53,204 bases of DNA, taken from positions 1 through 53,204 of the forward strand of contig NW_021834501.1 of the NCBI RefSeq assembly GCF_006345805.1, read 5' to 3'. This DNA comes from Octopus sinensis. Its lineage: Eukaryota. Shown piece after piece: positions 1 to 12,462 of the stretch; within the stretch, counting starts at the first letter, position 1; each line of letters opens with the position of its first letter. The notes beneath the pieces are model-generated. The model was not told where the DNA came from and ran no database searches. It saw nothing but the letters and a program-made list of their open reading frames with translations. The translations under genes were made by a program, and so were the position numbers.

Positions 1-135
1 GTGTGTGTGTGTGTGTGTGTACATTCACACTCCAATACATTTGAACATGCCTGCAAACAAACATACATTCAGACAAATACATCCTACATACATATATAAA
101 ACATACATACACACACACACACAAACACACACACG

Positions 136-167
<32 letters not shown>

Positions 168-270
168 CATACATACGTAAACACATACAAATATTCATAT
201 ACACAGACATGTACATTCACACATATAAAACATCCATACACACACTTGTATACATCTCTTTCACTCTTTT
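1..270. repeat. Compound (GT)/(CA)/(TA) microsatellite
   Basis: Direct reading of dinucleotide runs. Confidence 0.9.
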
Positions 271-334
271 ACTCTTTTACTTGTTTCAGTCATTTGACTG
301 CGGCCATGCTGGAGCACCGCCTTTAATCGAGCAA

Positions 335-1160
335 CTCATCATCCGCAGCTGCCCCAAAATGTCTGTGAGATTCTGCCTCCAAGTGATAATATACATGCAA
401 ATACTATTCACACCTTTAAAAACAAGCAACACTGGTGGATTACCTCTGTAAAAATATAAATCTGGTGCAAACGTAACAGACCTGGTATTGTTCTGTAGGA
501 CCGTGTTGTAGAGGTCAGCTGCCCAGCAGATGTGAATGTGCGATCAAAGGTCCAGGAAAAAGAGGAAATTTATGGTGAATTAATGCAAAACATACAGCTC
601 TTGTACTCTGACTATGAATTTTAATTTGCACCTATCGTCATAGTTGCACTAGGTTCCATACCAAAAAATTTGCAAAAAATCCTAGAAATACTTTATCATC
701 ATCATCATCATCATCATCGTTTAACGTCCGCTTTCCATGCTAGCATGGGTTGGACGATTTGACTGAGGTCTGGCAAACCAGATGGCTGCACCAGGCTCCA
801 ATCTAATCTGGCAGAGTTTCTACAGCTGGATGCCCTTCCTAACGCCAACCACTCCAATGGTACTGGCAATGACCTCGCTCGAATCTTTTTACACATGCCA
901 CCAGCACAGGTGCCAGTAAGGCAACGCTGGTAAGAATTACGCTTGAATGGTGCCCTTTTACGTGTCATCGGCATGAGGGCCAGTCAGGCGGTACTGGCAA
1001 TGGCTACACTCAAATGGTGCTTTTTATGTGCCACCTGCACAGGAGCCAGGCACTGGCAACACAAAAAGAGCAAAAGAAACTGATGTGGTTTTTCCAAATC
1101 CAATCTATTAGTAACCTGGTGAAGATTTCTTAGACTTTCTAAAACTTCACCATCTCAGAT
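335..1160 (+). mobile_element. R4/Dong-clade non-LTR retrotransposon 3' remnant (RLE endonuclease), interrupted by an RTE tail
   Basis: Manual translation ~474-692 gives RNRPGIVL*DRVVEVSCPADVNVRSKVQEKEEIYGELMQNIQLLYSDYEF*FAPIVIVALGSIPKNLQKILEIL (RPD..E-V-S-C-P..EK..Y..PII.GALG pattern of RLE domains). Upstream HIIRSCPKMS resembles the end of the CCHC knuckle. Has in-frame stops. Confidence 0.7.
694..1060 (-). mobile_element. RTE-derived 3' tail element with internal tandem units and (GAT)n tail
   Basis: Reverse complement of GGTGGCACATAAAAAGCACC units + GAGTGGTTGGCGTTAGGAAGGGCATCCAGCTGTAGAAAC...GGAAAGCGGACGTTAAACGATGATGATG. Same tail as on the RTE ORF remnant at 30.1 kb. Confidence 0.8.
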
Positions 1161-1338
1161 TCTTATTTGAATAGATGCATAGACTTGGGTGTATGCATTG
1201 GTGGTTCAAACAACACACCAAGTCAATCACATATTTACAAACCCTGCGAACCCTCTGAACTCAAAAAGTATTGTTGCTTTCTTGGTGATAAACTTGAACT
1301 TTCTTAAGAACTGAAATTAAACTCAAAGAAAAATTAGA

Positions 1339-1740
1339 AGGCGGAGGAGTGGCTGTATGGTAAGTAGCTTGCTTCCTAACCACACGGTTCTGAGTTCAGT
1401 CTCACTGCATGGCACCTTGGGCAAGTGTCTTCTACAATAGCTTTGGACCAACCAATGCCTCGTGAGTGGATTTGGTAGACGGAAACTGAAAGAAGACCAT
1501 CACTTATAAATATATGTATGTATGTATGTACTTGTGTATCTGTTTGTTCCCCTACAATCGCTTGATACCAATGTTTGTGTGTTTATCTTCCCATAACTTA
1601 GCAGTTTGGCAAACAAGACCAACAGAATAAGTACTAGGCTTACAAGGAATAAGTTCTGGGGTTGATTTGTTTGACTAAAAGTGGTGCTCCAGCATGGCCA
1701 CAGTCAAATAACTGAAACAAGTAAAAGAATAAAAAAGAAT
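1339..1740 (+). mobile_element. tRNA-derived SINE, family A (internal microsatellite)
   Basis: A-box-like GTGGCTGTATGGTAAG, B-box-like GAGTTCAGTCTC, GGCACCTTGGGCAAGTGTCTTCTAC core, 3' GGTGCTCCAGCATGGCCACAGTCAAATAACTGAAACAAGTAAAAGA. More than 20 copies in the window. Confidence 0.85.
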
Positions 1741-1754
1741 ATATATATATGTAC

Positions 1755-1798
<44 letters not shown>

Positions 1799-1799
1799 T

Positions 1800-2129
1800 G
1801 AGACCCCCTTCGGTCACAACACAGACCATGGGATTGCATCAAGAAAGTTACCCACCGAGGTACAAGTCCAGGCAAGGTTATTTATGGAAGACCAGCAATC
1901 GCCCATGCATACCGACCTCCCCTCTCCACGCCACCTGTGTTATCCAAGGTAAAGGTAAAGGGGCCGATACAGCTTGGCACATGTGATGTCGCAACTCATT
2001 TCTACAGCTGAGTGAACTGGAGCAACATGAAATAAAGTGTCTTGCTCAAGAACAAAACACGCAGCCCGGTACAGGATTCGAGCTCACAACCTCATGATCA
2101 TAAGCTCGACGCTCTAACCACTGAGCCAT
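1800..2129 (-). mobile_element. tRNA-derived CORE-type SINE (family D)
   Basis: Minus strand reads ATGGCTCAGTGGTTAGAGCGTCGAGC...GAGCTCGAATCC (A/B boxes) then TTCTTGAGCAAGACACTTTATTTC (CORE-like). Homologous copies at 35434-35770 and 47590-47924. Confidence 0.8.
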
Positions 2130-2658
2130 ACATACATATACATATGTACAATCGCACACACACACATATTTTCATATGAATTTTTGTTGCAGTTTTTGTG
2201 GTTGCTGTTGCGGCCATGGTTGATAAAATGTTGTTGTAGCTGTTGTTGATGCTGCTGTTGTTATTGTAATTCTTACGCTTGTTATTGACATTGCGGTTAA
2301 TATTCCTACAACACTTGTTAATGTTTCAACTGTTATTGTTGTTCTTATTATTGACGATGATCTTGATCTTGCAGCCGTTGCCATAGTAACACTTCATAGC
2401 CTCATAACCATGACAGTTGTTGTTGGCATTGTTGTTGTTGTTGCTGTGGTGGTGGTGGTGGTGGTGGAGGCCTGTTCTGTCAGATTCATGGAAGAGGAGG
2501 CCTGGCTCTGATAAGATGTTTACCAGATAAGAAATGATGTATAGTTATCATCAAGCAAACAAACATCACACACAAAACACAAACGTTTATTTACAATATA
2601 TAGACATCAAGATGCTTTTTTGATAAGCTTCTACAGAACATTACATGGAGATCTGTGT

Positions 2659-2690
<32 letters not shown>

Positions 2691-2760
2691 GTATATATAC
2701 ATATAAACTCTTATACGTATATAGATATATATAGATATGTATATATATACATATATACGT

Positions 2761-4045
2761 TCTTTTACTCTTTTACTTGTTTCAGTCATTTGACTGTGGC
2801 CATGCTGGAGCACTGCCTTTCATCGAGCAAATCGACCCTGGGACTTATTCTTTGTAAGCCCAGTACTTATTCAATCGGTCTCTTATTGCCGAACTGCTAT
2901 GTTACGGGGACGTAAACACACCAGCATCGGTTGTCAAGCAATACTTGAGGGACAAACACAGACACACAAACATATACATACATATATATATACATATATA
3001 CGACGGGCTTCTTTCAGTTTCCGTCTACCAAATATACTCACAAGGCATTGGTCGGCCCGGGGCTATAGCAGAAGACACTTGCCCAAGGTGCCACGCAGTG
3101 GGACTGAACCCGGAACAATGTGGTTGGTTAGCAAGCTACTTACCACACAGCCACTCCTGCGCCTATACATATATACATATATACGTTTTTCAATCATTTG
3201 ACTGCGGCCATGCTGGAGCACTGCCTTTAGTTGAGCAAATCAGCCCCAGGACTTATTCTGTGTAAGCCTGGTACTTATTCTATCGGTCTCTTTTTGCCGA
3301 ACTGCTAAGTGATGGGGGACGTAAACACACCAGCATCGGTTGTCAAGCAATGCTAGGGGGACAAACACAGACACACAAAAGTATATATAAATATACATAT
3401 ATACGACGGGCTTCTTTCAGTTTCCATCTACCAAATCCACTCACAATGCTTTGGTCGGCCCGAGGCTATAGTAGAAGACACTTGCCCAAGGTGCCACGCA
3501 GTGGGACTGAACCCGGAACCATGTGGTTGGTAAACAAGCTACTGACCACACAGCCACTCCTGCGCCTACTCATACATATATTGATAATTATTTAATTATT
3601 CATTTAATTAACAAATTAAAATAGATATACTCTTAGTAATTAAGCAGAAACATATGTCAGAAAATTATTTATTTATATGGATAAATAAATAAAGGATCGT
3701 TATATCTGTTTCCATTGTCTACCTTATTACATTTCCTTGGGATCTACTTCATTAATTATTTGAACTAATTAATGCTATTTGTGGTCAGAACCAAATTTGA
3801 GACTGAACTGATATCTACCTGGACTTGTCTCCCTACATTGTTAAATATATACTCTTTTACTTGTTTCAGTCATTTACCTGTGGCCATGCTGGAAATTTGG
3901 CGAGAAATTTGACCCTGGGACTTATTCTTTGAAAGCCTAGTACTTATTCTATTGGACCCTTTTACCGAACCACTAAGTTACGGGAGTGTAAACCCGCCAG
4001 CATCGCTTGTCAAATGATGTTGGGGGGACAAACACAGACACACAA

Positions 4046-4108
<63 letters not shown>

Positions 4109-4280
4109 CATATATACGACGGGCTTCTTTCAGTTTCTGTCTACCAAATCCACTCATAAGGCTTTGGTCGGCCCGAGGCTATAGTAGAAGACACTTGCCC
4201 AAGGAGTCTCGCAGTGGGACTGAACCCAGAGCCAAGTGGTTGGTAAGCAAGCTACTTACTACACAGGCACTCCTGCGCCT
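2761..4280 (-). mobile_element. Three near-full family A SINE copies (2761-3164, 3186-3567, 3851-4280)
   Basis: Each reads from CTCTTTTACTTGTTTCAGTCATTTGAC to CCACACAGCCACTCCTGCGCCT on the plus strand. Confidence 0.85.
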
Positions 4281-4304
4281 ATATATATATATATATATAA
4301 CTAC

Positions 4305-4453
4305 ACTCATTGGTGTTAGGAAGGGCATCCAGCTGTAGAAACACTGCCAGATCAGACTGGAGCCTGGTGCAGCCCCTGGCTTCCCAGACCCGGTCAAACC
4401 GTCCAATCCGTGCTAGCGTGAAAAGCGGACGTTAAACGATGATGATGATGATG
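4305..4453 (+). mobile_element. RTE-derived 3' tail fragment ending in (GAT)n
   Basis: GGTGTTAGGAAGGGCATCCAGCTGTAGAAAC...GCGGACGTTAAACGATGATGATG. Confidence 0.8.
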
Positions 4454-4480
4454 ATATATATATATACACACATACACACA

Positions 4481-4705
4481 CAGGGGGCGATGGGTAAATT
4501 GTTGCCATTTTCTATTTCTAAGTTTGTACATGCACATTGTTTGTTTTTGATTCTGTCAACTACACAGTATAGTAGAGTCAGTTGGGCACTGTCTGTGAGA
4601 AAAACAGCCCCATGACATAATTCACTCCACCAGAAATTCATGCTGAAAGCTCCAATACAAACATTTCAAAATGTGGGGTGTCAATCTGAGTCCCCATAAC
4701 ATGTA
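4481..4705 (+). mobile_element. Tc1/mariner (DD37D-like) 5' end fragment
   Basis: Clearly homologous to the 5' end of the mariner relic at 47280 (ATGCACATTGTTTGTTT..GATT.TGTC.ACTAC..AGTATAGTAG.GTCAGTTGGGCAC). Confidence 0.65.
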
Positions 4706-4895
4706 CTAAGAGTGATAAGAATCAAACACTAGTGATTCTAATGTTATGCCTCCATTCATCTTTCTTAGGCCTTGTGCTTAAGAAAGATATTGGTCCCTTT
4801 TGCTGAACAGCTAAGTTACAGGGATGTTAACACACCAGCACTGATTGTCAAGAGGTGGTGGTGGTGGAAAGACAAAAACAGACACAAAGACACAC

Positions 4896-4929
<34 letters not shown>

Positions 4930-5018
4930 GGGGAGAATTCACAAAAAGACAAAAGATGAAGACAGGTGTATAAACAACAAACAGATGTATTAGTATAATG
5001 CTCGGGAAGTGAAAAAGT

Positions 5019-5053
5019 CTTTAACGTTTCGAGTCTAGCTCTTCAACAGAAAG
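5019..5053 (-). ncRNA. Variant minimal type-I hammerhead-like motif
   Basis: Minus strand CTTT-CTGTTGAA-GAG(ctaga)CTC-GAAACGTT-AAAG: stem I CTTT/AAAG, stem II GAG/CTC, palindromic ACGT stem III. Core deviates from CUGANGA. Lies ~90 nt upstream of a (TA)n tract. Confidence 0.5.
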
Positions 5054-5124
5054 GAACACAGAAAGAATCAAGGAGAGACAATAAAGAATGTGTGGTGGCT
5101 AGCGATCTATCATGGCGAAAGCCG

Positions 5125-5573
5125 GACATATATACAACAAGCTTCTTTCAGTTTCCATCTACTAAATCCATTCACAAAGCATTGCTTGGCCCAAAGCTAT
5201 AGTAGAAGACACTTGCCCAAGGTGCCATGCAGTGGGACTGAACCTAGAACCATGTGGTGGGGAAGCAAGTTTCTTACCACACAGCCACTCCTGTATGTAT
5301 CTATTCCTTTATTATTTTATTTGTTTCAGTCATTTGACTGTGGCCATGCTGGAGCACTGCCTTAAGTCAAGCAAATCGACCCCAGGACTTATTCTTTGTA
5401 AACCTAGTACTTATTCTATCAGTTTCTCTTGTCGAACCGCTTAGTGACGGGGATGTAAACACAAGCATTGGTTCTCAAGTGATGTTAGGGGACAAACACA
5501 GACACCACAAACATATACATACACATATATATATACTTATATATATATATATATATTATATATATATATATAC

Positions 5574-5634
<61 letters not shown>

Positions 5635-5636
5635 AC

Positions 5637-5674
<38 letters not shown>

Positions 5675-5839
5675 CTATATATATATATATAAGATGGGCT
5701 TCTTTCTATCTACCAAATCCACTCACAACGTTTGGTCGGCCTGAGGCTATAGTAGAAGATACTTGCCCAAGGTGCCACACAGGGGACTGAACCCAGAACC
5801 ATGTGGTTGGTAAGCAAGCTACTTACCACACAGCCATTC

Positions 5840-5880
<41 letters not shown>

Positions 5881-6060
5881 ATATATATATATATGTATGT
5901 ATTATATATATACTCTTTTACTCTTTTACTTGTTTCAGTCATTTGACTGCGGCCATGCTGGAGCACCGCCTTTAGTCGATCAAATCGACCCCGGGACTTA
6001 TTCTTTGTAAGCCCAGTACTTATTCTATCGGTCTCTTTTGCCGAACCGCTAAGTGACGGA
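5125..6060 (-). mobile_element. Cluster of family A SINE copies and fragments
   Basis: Repeated family A blocks at ~5125-5290, 5320-5840 and 5915-6060. Confidence 0.8.
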
Positions 6061-6196
6061 GAACTTAGCGGTAGGTGAACTTAGTGATAAAATGGGCATG
6101 AGAATTGGTACAGGGGTGAATAGGATTTGACCAAAATGTCTTGAAGATGGTGTCACAGTACAGCCAAATTCTGACAACAAACCTGAAAAAATATTT

Positions 6197-6233
<37 letters not shown>

Positions 6234-6519
6234 ATGTATATGCAACAACATCTGTATATAAATACACACATATAATATACATATATACAGACACACACGC
6301 CTATATAGATACACATAGATATTAACATACAATAAAAGATTGGTCAATAAGAAAGGAATATATATAAAATGAAAAAAACAAACAGAGGCTGAGAGAGACA
6401 GGAATAAAATGTGGGGTCCATAAATCAGGGAGATAAGTGTTTTGTTTATGGAGTTGTTTGGTGTCTGTTGGTCTTTGTAATGACAGTTTAACAACAACAA
6501 TGACCCAGGCCACAAAAAC

Positions 6520-6960
6520 AATAAAGGGGGTGAGAGGCGGAAGGGGATGGGGAGGAGGCAGAAGGGGATTGGGAGGAAGGGGAAGAAGAAAGGGATGAGG
6601 AGGAGGAGATGGAGAAGGACGAGAAGAAAGGGAAGAAACAGGAGGTGGAGAAGGAAACAGAAGAGGTGAAAGAGAAGAAGAGGAGGATGAGAAGGAGGAA
6701 GAGGAGGAAGAGAAGAAAGAGGAGGAGGAGATGGAAGAGAAGAAAGCGAAGAGGTGGAGAAAGAAAGAGAAAAAAAGAAGAGGAGGTGGAGGAGGAGAAA
6801 GAAGAGGTGAAATAGAAGAAAGATGAGACAGAGAAGGAGGGGGAGGAGGAGAAAGAAGAGGTGAAAGAGAAGAAAGAGGAGACAGAGAAGGAGGGAGAGG
6901 AGGAGCAGAAGAGAAGAAGGAAGAGAAGGATGATGATGGGAAGAATAATTGAAAGAAGAC
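6520..6960. repeat. Polypurine (GAG/GAA) low-complexity tract
   Basis: Almost exclusively G/A on the plus strand for ~440 nt. Confidence 0.9.
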
Positions 6961-6992
6961 AATAAAGGACAACAAGAACACTACCATCACCA

Positions 6993-8062
6993 CCAGGAAT
7001 TGAAACCACAATCTTACAATCATGAGTCCAACACCCTAACCACTAAGCCATGCACCTTCACATCCAGGCATTTTAAGAGAGTCTGTTTCTGGAGTGAAGT
7101 GAAGTGTTTTGCTCAAGAACACAATGTATTGCCTGGTTCAGGAATTGAAACCACAATCTTACAATCATGAGTCCAACACCCTAACCACTAAGCCATGCAC
7201 CTTCACATCCAGTCATTTAAGGGAGTCTGTTTCTGGAGTGAAATGAAGTGTTTTGCTCAAGAACACAATGTATTGCCTGGTCCAGGAATTGAAACCACAA
7301 TCTTACAATCATGAGTCCAACACCCTAACCACTAAGCCATGCACCTTCACATCCAGGCATTTTAAGAGAGTCTGTTTCTGGAGTGAAATGAAGTGTTTTG
7401 CTCAAGAACACAATGTATTGCCTGGTCCAGGAATTGAAACCACAATCTTACAATCATGAGTCCAACACCCTAACCACTAAGCCATGCACCTTCACATCCA
7501 GGCATTTTAAGAGAGTCTGTTTCTGGAGTGAAATGAAGTGTTTTGCTCAAGAACACAATGTATTGCCTGGTCCAGGAATTGAAACCACAATCTTACAATC
7601 ATGAGTCCAACACCCTAACCACTAAGCCATGCACCTTCACATCCAGGCATTTAAGAGAGTCTGTTTCTGGAGTGAAGTGAAATGTTTTGCTCAAGAACAC
7701 AATGAATTGCCTGGTCCAGGAATCGAAACCGCAATCTTACAATCATGAGTCCAACACCCTAACCACTGAGCCATGCACCTTCACATCCAGGCATTTAAGA
7801 GAGTCTGTTTCTGGAGTGAAATGAAGTGTTTTGCTCAAGAACACAATGTATTGCCTGGTCCAGGAATTGAAACCACAATCTTACAATCATTAGTCCAACA
7901 CCCTAACCACTGAGCCATGCACCTTCACATCCAGGCATTTAAGAGAGTCTGTTTCTGGAGTGAAGGGAAGTGTTTTACTCAAGAACACAATGTATTGCCT
8001 GGTCCAGGAATTGAAACCACACTCTTGTGATCATGATTGTGCAACACCACTAAGCCACTCAC
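6993..8062 (-). repeat. Tandem array of 144-145-bp units (7 full + 1 partial) derived from a tRNA-SINE 5' end
   Basis: CCAGGAATTGAAACC recurs at 6993, 7138, 7282, 7427, 7572, 7716, 7860, 8004. Minus-strand unit has TGGCTTAGTGGTTAGG (A box), GGTTTCAATTCC (variant B box) and TTCTTGAGCAAAACACTTCATTTCAC (CORE start). Confidence 0.92.
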
Positions 8063-8244
8063 CTCCACACCTACTAGAAATAGCAACCAAATTGACTTTA
8101 AACGATCCCCTATTGTTGTATAAAAAAAATATCACTGTGTCACATGACTTTTGTCCTTAGGTGGCAACTGTTATACCCTATTTGCTTACCCTAGAAAGTA
8201 TGAAAAATGGTTGATATTTCCTTCAAACTTTGCTATTGTTACTT

Positions 8245-8412
8245 TTATTCAAACCCCAAAGAATCCCTCTCATCACATGGTTATGATGCTCTTCCACTGC
8301 TTCTGCTTGTGATCAGAGATGCTCATATCGTCAGCCAGAAAGGGACATATGTCAACTGGTTAAGGTCAAGCAACTGACAAGCAAATCTGTGGTACTGAGC
8401 AGAATATTTGCT
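8245..8412 (-). mobile_element. Internal fragment of unclassified element X
   Basis: Reverse complement matches the AGCAAATATTCTGCTCA...GGGATTCTTTGGGGTTTGAATAA segment of X (12488, 15599, 40016). Confidence 0.75.
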
Positions 8413-8744
8413 ATAAAGATATTTCTGCCTCAGCAACCCAGAGATGATTCTGTGTGAAATGTAATGGAAAATAGGTCAGTTTCAAAACATTGATGTCCAG
8501 GTCAGAAAAGCAAAGTTTGAAGGGAACAGTGGTAACTTCCTTTGATTTTTAAATAGGAACAAACAGGAAATAACACTGACCAATGAAGGAAAAATAAATT
8601 CAAATTTTGTTAGAAAGTGTAATGGAGTCTTAGATACATTAATTCTTGAAAAAAACAACACACAGGCTGGTTGGTCAATATTAGAATGTCTTGGATCTTT
8701 ACCTTTTGACCTACAGATTTAATACAGCCTCTATCACTAATATA

Positions 8745-9690
8745 TATTTTTCAAAAGCTCACTGGCACATCGTGACACCAGTGCCTGTTCTGGCACTGTT
8801 CCTTTATATATTGCTGGTGGGGAGATGAATCACTGCTGTCTCTAAGCAGTCAAGCTTCAAACACTGATGAGATCAACAAAGGTTGAAATCACAGGATTTG
8901 ATGGTGTCGATGCTGGAGAAGGCAGGGATTTATCTCCCCTGCTAGCAATATAAATGAGTGCACTTTGCACCAAAAAGCCAATATAAGAGTTTCTCTCATG
9001 CTATCTACCACAGTATAGTTTGTCCTAACAGTACATCCACGTTTTAGTAGGAATGAATCTCTGTTTTTATTACATATTTTTTAACAAGCTCACTGGCTAA
9101 TTGTGACATCAGCACCTGTTGTTCTATATATCACTGGCAGGGAGATGCATCGCTGCTACCTCTAGCAGTCAAGTGTCCATCATTGACAAGACCAAACAAG
9201 GCCTAAATCACATGATCTGGTAGTTTCTAAAGCCATGCTTAGCTCATAAGGGCCGGTTTCCCGGATTCCTTGGCGTTATAGGTTCCCCACCTGGATGGGA
9301 TGCCGGTCCGTCGCAGGTGTACTACAAGATGCAGGAGGAAAGAGTGAAAGAAAGTTGTGGCGAAAGAGTCAGCAGAAGTTTGCCATTACCTTCTGCCAGA
9401 GCCGTGTGGAGCTTAGGTGTTTCACTCATAAACACACACATTGCCTGGTCTGAGATTTGAATCCGTGATCCCTCAACTGCTCTAACCACTAGGCAATGTG
9501 CCTCCACATGGTCTGGTAGTCTCAGTGCTGGAAGTAGCAGAGATTTATGTCCCTGCTAGCGATATAAAAAAGAGTGCATTCTGCACCAAAACACCAATGT
9601 GAGAGTTTCTCTCATGATATCTAATACAGTATAGCTTGTTCTAACATTATCTCTCACTATTAGTACTGCCCCTGTTGCTGATGCATATTT
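8745..9690. repeat. Diverged ~330-bp direct duplication; second copy split by a SINE
   Basis: AAGCTCACTGGC..GTGACA, GGGAGATG, AGCAGTCAAG, CCCTGCTAGC.ATATAAA..GAGTGCA.T.TGCACCAAAA..CCAAT.T.AGAGTTTCTCTCATG.TATCTA..ACAGTATAG each occur twice in the same order. Confidence 0.75.
9228..9507 (-). mobile_element. tRNA-derived SINE (family C head, alternative tail) with degenerate ~16-bp TSD
   Basis: Minus strand starts GTGGAGGCACATTGCCTAGTGGTTAGAGCAG. Flanked by ATGATCTGGTAGTTTCT (~9211) and ATGGTCTGGTAGTCTCA (~9508). Related copy at ~41120-41380. Confidence 0.75.
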
Positions 9691-9719
9691 TCTAATATAT
9701 ATTCACAGTATTCAATGCA

Positions 9720-10118
9720 ACAAGCTGGCCTCCATGCTGATGGCATGGAAAAAGCACCATTCGAGCGTGATCATTACCTGTGTCACCTTACTGGCACATG
9801 TGCTGGTGGCACGTAAAAAAAAATTCGAGTGAGGTAGTTGCCAGTGCCGCTGAACTGGCTCCTGTGCAGATGGCACATAAAAGCACCATTTGAGCATGGC
9901 CACTGCCAGTACCATCAGACTGGCCCTCGTACCAGTGGTACGTAAAAGCACCCACTACACTCTCGGAGTGGTTGGCGTTAGGAAGGGCATCCAGCTGTAG
10001 AAACGCTGCCAGATCAGATTGGAGCCTGGTGCAGCCATCTGGTTCGCCAGTCCTCAGTCAAATCGTCCAACCCATGTTAGCATGGAAAGCAGATGTTAAA
10101 TGATGATGATAATGATGA
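9720..10118 (+). mobile_element. RTE-derived 3' tail element with ~4 internal tandem units
   Basis: GGCAC(A/G)TAAAAGCACC units, conserved tail, GATGATGAT end. Confidence 0.8.
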
Positions 10119-10199
10119 GTATTCTGTGTTCTAACAGAACATCCACTTTCAAGTGGTGATAAATAATACCTTTAAATAATGATATTAACAACGTCACCA

Positions 10200-11066
10200 A
10201 TCATTCCGAATCACTAATAACATCAATATAAACACCAACACAACCATTACAACTACCACCATAGCCATCACCAATATGAATAGTACTGCCAACAACATCA
10301 TCACCAACACTACCACCACCACCACCACCACCATCTTCATCATCGTCATCACCACTGACACCACAACCACCTGTACTGCCAACACTGTCACGCCACCAGC
10401 AATAGCAACACCATGACTTTTAACACTAAGAAAAACACTAATTTCATTGCCACAACCACCCCCACCACCACCACTGCCACCGCCATCATCTCCATTATCA
10501 TCATCATCATCACCTACACCACCATCAACCACACAATCACCACCACCACCGTCATCACTACCACTACAACTAACACCAATATTTCATCAATACCACAATT
10601 AACAGGGCCACACCATTACCACTACTGCCACCACACTACACTACACTACATCACACCATCACCAAAAACACCATCTTTGCTACCACCACTACTAACACCT
10701 CCTCTATCAACACCAACGCCACAACCACCACCACCAACAACAACAAACACCACCACCACCAACACTACCACCACCAATACTACCACCGCCAATACTACCA
10801 CCACCAACACTACCACCACCAACATTACCACCACCAACACTACCACCACCAATACTACTAATACCAACACTACCACCACCAACATCAACACCACCACCAC
10901 CACCACCAACACTGCCACCACCAACATCACCACAAACATCAACACCATGACGACCACCACCACCACCACCAACACTACCAACACCAACACTACCACCACC
11001 AACATCAACACCACCACCACCACCAAAAACACTACCACCAAAAACACTACCACCACCACCACCAAG
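10200..11066. repeat. (CAC/AAC/CAT)n trinucleotide low-complexity tract
   Basis: Direct reading; it produces the spurious poly-Thr and poly-Val ORFs. Confidence 0.9.
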
Positions 11067-11419
11067 TAAGACCTACCCCGCTGACAATATAAAATATATA
11101 AAACAGCAGAGGACAAAATCATTAAAACAAAAAAGGGAGGAGGAGGAGGTCAGGTGGGGAGAAGGGAAAGGAAAGTGAGGGGTAGTGAGAGGAAGTGCCG
11201 AAGTGCAAGGAGGAAGAGAAGGAAGAGAGAGAAAGGGAAAGAAGAGCAAAGAGAGAGAGAGGGAGAGAGTTGAGAGTTGAAATATCGCCAAAGAAATTCT
11301 CTCTTGTAGGAAGACAAAAATCTTTGATTATGACTCAACGCCATCCATAAATCTTTATTGAATAGGCACCATACTGTCTGTGACATTTATCATCCCACAG
11401 AGCAAATATAATCGGGAGA

Positions 11420-11476
11420 TGAGAAGTAATAACAATAACAGCAACAATAATAACTATAACAATAATAATAATAATA

Positions 11477-11518
<42 letters not shown>

Positions 11519-11535
11519 TAATAATAATAATAATG

Positions 11536-11574
<39 letters not shown>

Positions 11575-12118
11575 GTTTCAATTTTTGGCACAAGGCCAGC
11601 AATTTCGGGGGGGTGGGGAGATAAGTTGATTAAATTGACCCTGAAAGGATGAAAAAACAAAGTCGACCTTGGTGGAATTTGAACTCAGACAGACAAAATG
11701 CTACAAGGAATTTTGCCTAGTGTGCTATAACGATTCTGTCAGCTAGCTGCCTTAATAATAATAATAATAATAACAATAACAATAATAACAATAATAATAA
11801 TAACAATAATAATAATAATAATATAATAAACAATGATAATAATAATAATAACAATGATTATAATAATAATAACAATAACAACAGCAACAACAACAATAAT
11901 AATAATTCTTTTTACTGGAAGCACAAGTCCTCAAATTTGGGGAAGGGATTGTGTTGATTACACTGACCCCCAGTGGGTAACTGGTACTTATTTAATTGAC
12001 CCCAAAAGGATCAAAGGCAAAGTTGACCTCGGCGGAATTTGAACTCAGAATGTAACGGCAGATGAAATACCACTAAGCATTTTGCCCAGCATGCTAACAT
12101 TTCTGCCAGCTCACTGCC

Positions 12119-12156
<38 letters not shown>

Positions 12157-12419
12157 CTGTTCTGCTAAAGGCATAAGACCTGAAATTTGGTAGGAGGGGA
12201 CTAGGCAATTTTATTGACCCCAGTGATTCACTGGTACCTAATTTATTGACCCCAAAAGGATGAAAAGTGAAGTCAAACCTGGCAGAATTTGAACTCAGAA
12301 CTCAAAGATGGACAAAATGCCACTAAGCATTTTGCCCAGCGTGCTAATGATTCTGCCAGCTCACTGCCTAAATAATAATAATAATATAATAATTAATAAT
12401 AAAATAATAATAAAATAAT

Positions 12420-12462
<43 letters not shown>

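Noticed and set aside
6153-7023. Long Leu/Ser/Pro-rich or Lys/Glu-rich ORFs (also 18831-19473)
   Set aside because: They are by-products of polypurine tracts that lack stop codons.
6993-8062. CRISPR-like array
   Set aside because: Units are contiguous with no unique spacers, there are no cas genes, the context is eukaryotic, and the unit is SINE-derived.
10413-11069. 218-aa Thr-rich mucin-like ORF
   Set aside because: It is a translation of a (CAC/AAC)n microsatellite, with no signal peptide, splice context or unique domain.
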